In this document: in pieces, positions 50,401 to 64,000 of the stretch
How the letters are laid out: every line of letters starts with the position of its first letter
Numbering within the stretch: the first letter of the stretch is position 1
From: Tubulanus polymorphus
Lineage: Eukaryota; Animalia; Nemertea
DNA length: 64,000 bases
Assembly: GCF_964204645.1 (NCBI RefSeq)
Contig: NC_134030.1
Span: 8,475,122-8,539,121 of the forward strand
Reading direction: 5' to 3'
Made by a program: the position numbers and the translations under genes
Notes under the pieces: generated by a model
The model's database searches: none
What the model was told of the DNA's origin: nothing
What the model saw: only the letters and a program-made list of their open reading frames with translations

Positions 50401-53400
50401 TGGGCGTGGCATATGACGCGCGGATGTCTGCCTTGCGCATGATTGATGGCCGCATTTCTGATTACTTGGAAGCCGAAGGTTTCCTGTTTAAACTCGATAT
50501 TAATGACATTTCCAGCAATAGGTATCAATATATTCCTACATCCATACCCAAAAACTTACCTTCGTCGTCAATCATAGGCAGAAAGCTGTTTCTATGAGCA
50601 ATATTCACTTCGGTAGACCTAGTAATTTGGTGCGTGGTAGACTCTAGTAAATGCCTCATACACCTTGCACCTTTTGCCTGTAACCATTCTTAAAAAGAAC
50701 ATACCCAGTTATAAAATGGTCGATGGTCGTCACGGTAATTTGATCGTTGATTGGTCATCTTTAGCACAAAAAATGCTATTTACAGCAATACCGGAGAACA
50801 AATATTCTCTTTAAGATATCGCTGTTAGTTCATCAGAATTGTAATTTGGATAACTGGTATATGATATTATTGAAGCTGTTTCTCAATTCGACAACTTTGA
50901 AATCAACAAAGTGCTTATCATCAGTTGAAACCAAAATAGCTTTATTCCTGACAATTGTGAATGATGGGTGTAGCTAATATCTTTTCATTTATGTCCGGTG
51001 TATTTTTAGAAACCAATCAACACGGTACCCGGTGTGCTGGGGAGGTGGTAGCCACGGCCAACAATTCATTCTGCGGTGTTGGTGTCGCTTACGAAGCGAA
51101 AGTTTCGGGAATTCGATTGTTAGATGGGCCAATCACGGACAGCCTCGAGGCCGAGGCATTTTACCATAAACTAGATATAAATTTCATTGAAAATCTGAGG
51201 TAAAATTTTAGTAGGGATTTATTGAAATGTGGGAAGAAAAAGCGAATGATGGATTTGAATTCGAAATTATTAGTCTACCATGGTTTTTGCATCAGGCCTA
51301 TATATGTGATTGTTTTTAGCTGGGGTCCAAGCGATGATGGAAAGACAATAGACGCTCCACATGTTCTAGCTCAGGTACGTGTCAATAGTACCATTCACTC
51401 AAACATTACAAGGCTACACACGCGTGTATACCATCTATAATGGTCTGTATCCTAAATATAAATTATCATTATCCTCCCGTATCGATTCAGAAAGCACTGC
51501 AAAGAGGAGTAACGCTTGGTCGCGGCGGGTATGGTACTGTTTACGTCATACCAGGTGGTAATGGAGGAATGCATAAAGACAATTGTAACTACGATGGCTA
51601 CGCTAATTCCATATATACTGTCACCATCAGTACGTACAACATATTAGCAAATCTCATGCTGATATCAATCTGCTACCTGCATAGCTAGACTGTTATTCAC
51701 TTTCAAATGACATTGCCTTGGGTCCAGACAAGAGACCTGATTAAGTCTTGATGACAATTTTTTGTAAAGATGGCAAAGTACAGACCGCAGATTGATATCC
51801 ATATCAAACATTTAAAGGCCTGTTGCTACTTTGATATTATAAATAAAATGGTTCATTCAAACCCGACAGATGCAGTTGATGAACACGGAAGAACGCCATT
51901 TTATGCCGAACTCTGCGCGGCGAGTCTTGCCTCAACTTTCAGCGGTGGAAACAACATGTTTTTACGCAGAATCGTAAGTTTGACTCGACTCAATGGACTA
52001 CTACGATACGCAATCCAGATCTGCTAATTCTATATAGAGAATCCCGCGCTAATATAACGAAAGATGCAGTCCGTAAGCCAATAATTTATTCATTCGACGT
52101 TTTAACTATAGCCCAATAGTCATCTTAAGGAATACTCAGGGGTCATTCATTTATTACATACGCATTAGGGGAGGGGTCAGTGCAATTGCGTACTGTAATG
52201 CTTAATGTATATGAAAAAATGGTTGATTTTGCATACAGAGGGGGAGGGGGATTCAAATTTTATGCGTACGTAATAAATGAATGATCCATCAGGAATATTT
52301 CTGTATTCCTTGAGGTGACTATTAGGTGATAGTCAAAACGTCAAATGATTAGCTTTAAGGAAAACCTTTCGGACTTTCGTTTCATTTTCCTCTTTCATTA
52401 TGTTAGCGTGTAATTCTCCATAAACTGCCAATTCTTCATTTATTTTCAAATTGATATGATTTTCAGACGACGACGGATTGGGATTTCGATGGGGGAAATG
52501 GCTGTACAAACAAGATGTCGGGAACGAGCGCCTCTACGCCGATAGCTGCCGGCATTATTGCGTTGATGTTGGAGGCGAAACCCTGTTTGTCGTATCGCGA
52601 CGTTAAATATATCATTATAATGTCCGCCAAAAAAGTAAGCGGTACACTGAGTATTTAAGCATATCTGCTGTGCACTGGGTATTTTAGAGGGGAGAGGATG
52701 TGCACCACGTCATTAACAAATCAGCCTGGACTTAGACTGGCTTGAATTGAATTCAATTATCAATATATTAATTTTCCAGTGATTGATCATTAATATTATA
52801 TTTCATTTATATAATATCATTAATTGTTGGCAGTATTAAGCAATTATTGTACGTTCACCTGTTTTTCAAGGCATTGATAAACTTAAATTAAGTTTTCTTG
52901 TTTCAAAACGTTCGCCCAGCGGCTTGGAAGTGGTATAGAGATGACTCGCGTTCATGTTGTAGGTAGACGATATTGATGGACAGTGGATCACTAACGAAGC
53001 CGGCCTCCATCATAACCATTTCATCGGGTTCGGTATCATTGACGCGTTTCGCGCGGTTTCTGTGACTAAAATCTGGACGCCGGTCCCGATGCAAGTTCGG
53101 TATTCTCATCAAACGGTGACAGTCGAGAAAATGCTTCCGAAATATCCGATGGAATACGGCGGTACCGTTGTCGGTAAGTTTCAATGAATTTAATCACAAG
53201 GTTCATTTCATCTTGAAATCAAATGAATACCGTGTATGTTTTGTAATAAAAAGCATTTTGTAGATGGGGATTTGTAGCATAGATTTTAATTTTATTTAAA
53301 CATTGAATTGAAAAGGATTAACTTAATACAGTAGAACCTTTTTCAGCTTTTTTCAATCGCGATTTTCATTTAATTCAGATGCAATATTTGGTCCATTTAT

Positions 53401-56241
53401 CCTGGAACCACGTAAACAATTATTCACAATTCGGATTTTACTTAATTCGAAATAATCTGGACAGTCCCTGGTCATCCGAATTAAGCGAGTTCTGCTGTAT
53501 TTTTTCTTTCAAACTGAGGATCAGGGAATTCTTATTATAATTCATCAAATATTGATATATCTTGTTTCAGTACGTGAAGAAGATTTAATCGGTATCAGTT
53601 TGTTGGAGTACGTTCAGGTCACGGTGACGGTGAAAACTTATCGTCGCGGTAACCTGGTTATTTATCTCAAATGCCCTAGCGGAACAAAATCGATACTTAC
53701 CTCCGTCCGACCCAAAGATAAGTAAGTTGAAATGAGAAGCGTTCAATTCGCTTAAGTCACTTGAGTACCTCAAGGCTTTTTCGTGCTATCAAGATAATTG
53801 ACCCCTATATTTTCTTAAATTTTAATTATTTAATATTTGGATTAATATAATAACAGCACCTAAATACTAACAACTACCTGTTTGCATAATTCCTATGAAT
53901 TATGCAAAGCAAACTAGTGCACTTACTTAGTTTAGCTAATTAATGCATTTGAGACGTTTGGATTACTCTGGGTTCAGTTCCTAAAAGTTTTGGTTTAGTT
54001 ATTACTTGTCAATTCATGTTTGAGGTCAACAATTCGAAATACAACTGTTTTAAGCTTAAACATTTCTATCAAACTTGACCGTGATTGCAAGTTATTAATA
54101 ATTCTTAAGTTTCCTTTGATTTTGAAAATGAACTACAATCTTGACAAGGGATCGAAAAATGGGGGTCATTCGTCTTGCATTGCACTACAGCCATGACAAA
54201 CTGTCCAAAAACAATGCAATGACAATGTTCATAGAAGCTTTAGATAACTTAGGCATGTTATTGAAATGTGATGATTCCACTTTTGTCGCAGTTAGTCAGA
54301 AGATTGTAATTAGCTTATATATATTCTTTTCAAGGACTGAATTTGGTCTAACTGGTTGGACGATGACGTCTGCTCGTTGTTGGGGAGAACGACCTTACGG
54401 CGAATATACAATAACAATCATTGATAATGGTAATATTTATCATTCATTTTATGAGCTTTTTTCTCATAGATCTCCATCTATTATTGTAATTCATTGTTGA
54501 AATTTTGTTTCGATATTCAGATGAGGAGATAGATTATCAATATGGCCAAGTTTCATCGTGGCAGCTACATCTTACCGGAACGCCATTAACTTACGAACAA
54601 TTTATGGAACGAAGAAGGTAAATGCCATGATTATTAGATGAAAGACTATGAATTATATGCAATAGTGGTAGGGTGGGGTCGATTTTTGAATTGGATTTGG
54701 CTGTTAATGACAGCCTTCTCATTTCCGATGACGTCAATATTCAATTTACCTGGTAATAATGATGTCTCTTTGAGAAACTGGCCCCTAATTAAGGTTAAGC
54801 TATTTATCTAAAAAAAGATAAATCTCTTTTAACACTCTCTCTCTTTGTTTAGGCTGGTAATGGATACTATAGCTAATGGCTTTGTGAATCAATCCAAAGA
54901 AACTCCATGTTGGTCAGCTCCAGCCGGACCTGGGCTATACGAATTGGAGCCAATGTCAGGAAGATTGCTCAAGGTATTTTACATAATGTGGGCTATCATT
55001 GTGAAAAAATTCAACGCGCATGATCACAATGTTTATAGGCAGCCAAAGTCAGATATGTCAAGAGAGTGCAATATTGTCACTTCTCTGCGGCCGGGAATAA
55101 CTTGTACAATGAGGACTTAACATGACCGTGGCAATCAAGGATTCCCTTTGGATCCACCGGGTTTGCGAGTGTACATTCAGACAACACCCGGATTTCTTCT
55201 CAGATTTAAACAAAATCTATCCGCAATTTTGCAAATTTTAGGAATGATGAATGTATTTGATCAATCCAATAAAGAGACACGATTTGCCCAATGTTTCATG
55301 TGGGAGGCTGTAACTCTAAATGAAAGCTACTTGAAAATGAACTAAAGTTTGATTGTGCTGTCCTCACCGGGTCTTTATTGCACATTACAATATTTTTCAC
55401 TTCTGTTTATATGACCGAAGCCTCAAATCCTTTCCAACCACCAATTGCCTATTAACTCATGAGCTGCGTATTTCAGATGTTGGCATTCACCTGCATATTC
55501 TGCCTCATTATGCTCTGGTATGAAATGATGGAGTATATGTGCTGCTACGCGGAAGAAAAACAGGAGTCGTCGCGTCAAATGCGTCGCGTGCGTCGTGCCC
55601 AGAAGATGGGTCTGATCGACGTTCACCAGGCTCCCGAGTCATCGCCTTCAACGACGATTAATGAACAAACTCGATTGTTGGCACCTGCTGGCGCCGAAGA
55701 AAATATCGCGATGTCGGCGATCGATTCGAATCGGCATCGAGACGGCGGCGCGGATCATATCAGCGAACGAAATCAGTTGCTCGGTGATGAGGGCACTAGT
55801 CACGAGTCTATAGATGATGGTTTCGTAGACTTCAATAGTTCGAATGAATTATGCAATGATAATTGCTACAGTGGTGTACGATCAGAGAGCAAAAATGTAA
55901 ATTATATTTCTACGTGTACTTCTAGTCTTTCACAAACTTCAACTGCTGCTGAAACAAATCAACAAATTTGTCTTCCTTTAAACATCGATAATTCATGTAA
56001 TGAGGCGTCAAGTTCTTCCAATTCGTTTGTCAACGATTCTCAGGACGATCGTCAAGGTAGTCTAGTCAAAGATGGGCGGGGAAATCTTGTTTCTAATATT
56101 CCCTCGGCTCAAAATAACGATAATGACTCAGTGATCGAAAACATTCTTAATATGCCAGATAATGAAGGCTTAGTGGGCGTAGACCTTCTTTACGGTTTAT
56201 CGAAAGAGGAAATTGAATTGAACATGAATCTTGCCAAATGA
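47500..56241 (+). CDS. PCSK7: Kexin/furin-family proprotein convertase, PC7-like (signal peptide, prodomain, S8 catalytic domain, P domain, TM, cytosolic tail)
   Basis: FNDP.F..QWHL, catalytic Asp IVDDG (~49390), His HGTRCAGE (alternative exons), SWGP.DDG, oxyanion [28 protein letters not shown], Ser GTSASTP (~52520), RRGNL, CWGE.P.G, TM segment at 55477. [18 protein letters not shown] and the lack of a Cys-rich domain favour PC7. Confidence 0.88.
49990..50140. repeat. Intronic minisatellite, ~31-35-bp unit TTAGTTGATTGATTTATCAT(C)GATTGGTTTG
   Basis: 4-5 degenerate copies seen directly. Confidence 0.85.
50332..50521 (+). other. Convertase alternative exon A (190 nt, phase 1->2) containing the catalytic His
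   Basis: TTTCCAG|ATCAG...AATAG|GTATC; encodes [62 protein letters not shown]. Confidence 0.85.
51010..51199 (+). other. Convertase alternative exon B (190 nt, phase 1->2) containing the catalytic His
   Basis: TTTTTAG|AAACC...CTGAG|GTAAA; encodes [62 protein letters not shown]. Confidence 0.85.
52090..52348. mobile_element. Nested MITEs: Harbinger-like inner element (52139-52288, TCA TSD) inside an outer hairpin element
   Basis: Outer arms 52090-52135 / 52303-52348; inner TIRs GGGGTCATTCATTTATTAC / GTAATAAATGAATGATCC. Confidence 0.7.
53329..53497. mobile_element. Tc1/mariner-type MITE (TA TSD)
   Basis: TA|CAGTAGAAC...GTTCTGCTG|TA. Confidence 0.6.
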
Positions 56242-56523
56242 TAGTCGCGTTCCTTAATTTCGCAATAGTTGTACTTATGTTTTTCAAATTTAATTTTTTC
56301 TTGCAATATGCATTTATTTATCGAAGAATAAATCCTATATATTGTATACCAAAATCTATATCTGTGCTTTCTCCATCGTTTCTATAAAGGATTTCTTTCA
56401 ACGATTATTTATCTTGTACATGGACATGTTAACTTCCTCTTCATTTTCTCATAGTTCTCATTAAGAACAGGTGGAAAAACGAGGGTTCCGGAGACACCTT
56501 GCCCACTTGATGAAATGCTTGCA

Positions 56524-56655
56524 CATTGAAACCTCGTTATACCGAATTTGGATACGATTCATTGGATATAACAAATATAGAATTTCGTCCCAAGTAACAC
56601 AATTTCACTAATTTCATACTGGTCCCGTGAAGTTCACTGTAACGAGGTTCCACTG
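56524..56655. mobile_element. Tigger/pogo-like MITE
   Basis: CATTGAAACCTCGTTATACCGAA / TTCACTGTAACGAGGTTCCACTG|TA. Confidence 0.6.
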
Positions 56656-57236
56656 TATAAGCATCTTTGAAACTTCCCAAAATAACTGGATTCCATCTAC
56701 AGGACGGACAATGGACAAAATGAGGCAATAGCCCACAGAGACCAAGACAAGACCGCATCCACGAAGGAATAGCCTCCTGATGCACCAAGATCTGGCATAT
56801 ATAGTTGTGGTTTCACCAATGTCATAAAAGACTCATGAAAAGACATATGGGCCTGTTCATCGGAGTTTCGCAGAGTAAACCAGACAAATCTTTTCTTACA
56901 TTGAATGCATTTCCAGTGTTTATTACTCATTGACGATGCACACATAATAATGTAAGTATCACAAAAAATGTACAGCAGTATTACTAATTAAAGTACAATG
57001 CCAATCTTAATAACCCCATCCTATTGTAACGACACAGATAGCTACCCCTGATTGTAAAAATAGAAAAAATTGTCGTATTAGCTGTTACCAGCTGACTTCT
57101 AATACAATTCAACCCTGTGTTTTGATTTTAAAGTCAACATCTATCGTATACAAAATTACGAAATTTTAATGCATTACGCGTAGTCAGATAGTTGAACATT
57201 CATCGACATAATATACAGAACCTTGAAGCATACTAA

Positions 57237-57648
57237 GGGGCTGTTCAAAAATTACATAAAACACTTTTCATTCCCCTCCCCTTGTAATAAGCGTTACAAA
57301 TTTTGGCAGACCTGCTATAATATTACGTGACAAGTGTTACACCACAGGACTAGTTTGAAACTGCTATGATCAATATCATTTTTATGCCTACAGAATATAG
57401 GTTTCGAGTTGTGTTAATATCATGTTTTACAGTTCCAGTTAAATAAAGCATTATTTATTGTTAGAAAATGGTCCAACAACTTCACTACTGTCCTGGTTTC
57501 ACTCCAAAAAGGTCGCTCAGGATTTTTCTACTGAGAAATTACATTTCGTTATGTAACAGATGTTGAGGCAACCTCTTTTAACAATCTGTAACAAACTTTT
57601 GACACCCAACCCCCATACGCACGCATTATGTAATTTTTGGATAGTTCC
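57237..57648. mobile_element. PIF/Harbinger-type MITE (TAA TSD)
   Basis: TAA|GGGGCTGTTCAAAAATTACATAA ... TTATGTAATTTTTGGATAGTTCC|TAA. Confidence 0.65.
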
Positions 57649-58176
57649 TAAATTTATTATTTTCATCGAATTATGAACCTGTATTTATGTTTGGCACTTT
57701 TTGAAAAACTTGGGAGACAATGAATCAATTAAGTAGAGACGCCTGTATCAACATCACAATGAATGTTTTGAGTATACATGTATTATGCATTCTGACTAGA
57801 AAATTAATTCATGTAACATAATTACAATTTCAATGCTAGTGCTAGCAAACAACAATCGAGACAAAAACCAGACCAAATTATCATTCCACTCACCTACCAA
57901 TTATTCCAAGAACACAACTCACAACTCAATATCTCACAGATAATGCCTGTGATATCGATCGTGACCCAAACCTATGTATTTCAATATATAAGAAAATTGA
58001 ACCTTACAAAATTTTCAGAAGTAGCACCAAACTTTACAAGAATAAATCAAAGAAGCTCGAAAAATACCAAGAAGACACATCAATTTATCTGAAAATCGGA
58101 CGAGTATGAATCACAATAACATCATCCCCCAAGACAAGATAACTTGGTTCCTTTTTTAAAAAAGATAAGTCAATTA

Positions 58177-63332
<5,156 letters not shown>

Positions 63333-64000
63333 CGTCGCCGATTCTCGAGGTCAATCAGAGCATGAAGAAGAACCGGTGATTATGGTGAACCCACAAAAAA
63401 GCTAAGACGAAGTCGGCGTCAGATGACTATTATTTTTGACTGATGATACTGAAAATTGAAAAATAAGAAAATAAATTTAGGTAAAAAATTTAGTAGGAGG
63501 TATACTAAATAAAATCAAATAAGCTCAAGTCAAAGCAAAGGCACACAGGCTATATCCGTCCCATTTGACCTTAGGAAAAAATACAGTTTGGCATTTCTAA
63601 ATTAATTAAGAAGACTCTTATCGAGAATGTGGACAATTACCATGAACAAGACGACTGTCAAGTGTCAGCTGACAGTTTGTTTTGACATAGAAAAAACTAC
63701 TTCCGGGTTTGAAAAAATGACTTCCGCGTACACATAATCTCTTATTCAAAATATATAGAAATGCACTTGTAAAGCAAATATTCAGGAACCATAACCTATT
63801 TTTCCAAAATTCATATACTTTTCAAGGAGAACAAATGTTTTATTGAATTGTAATTTATTTTTTCAATACTCGTGTAAGGAGATTTAGTTATCGCTGGTGG
63901 CATATATTTAACTGTGTTTTCGATCAAATACTTCAACAGTTTAAATTCTTGAATGAAATTATCATAGATTTTTAGACATTACGTCTTGTGATTCCGTGAT

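Noticed and set aside
50332-51199. Convertase with two catalytic His segments in one polypeptide
   Set aside because: Each exon is 190 nt and phase 1->2; including both shifts the frame.

Overview
AT-rich eukaryotic (invertebrate animal, probably lophotrochozoan; inference) genomic DNA with many short GT-AG introns. Gene order: a two-exon GT32 DXD glycosyltransferase (+), a PTB/PID-domain adaptor (+), a secreted double-VWA protein (-), a ~24.5-kb divergent IP3-receptor-like channel gene (+) with an intronless orphan GPCR nested in one intron on the same strand, two more copies of that GPCR arising from a ~3.3-kb tandem duplication that also copied the ITPR 3' end, an unrelated class A GPCR (+), a PCSK7/furin-like convertase (+) and a RUNDC3-like gene (-). 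Most notable: (1) the convertase has two tandem 190-nt, same-phase exons, each encoding the catalytic His and substrate-pocket loop, which look like mutually exclusive exons; (2) four short fold-back retro-insertions from two families carry minimal type-I hammerhead ribozymes, three with clear 12-14-bp target-site duplications, one inserted at the VWA stop codon; (3) the IP3R-like channel has a shortened selectivity-filter motif (YGLIGD) and a partly degenerate IP3-binding site, and sits among orphan GPCRs. MITEs, a SINE and a LINE remnant are also present. Exon models were read by eye and need RNA-seq confirmation.
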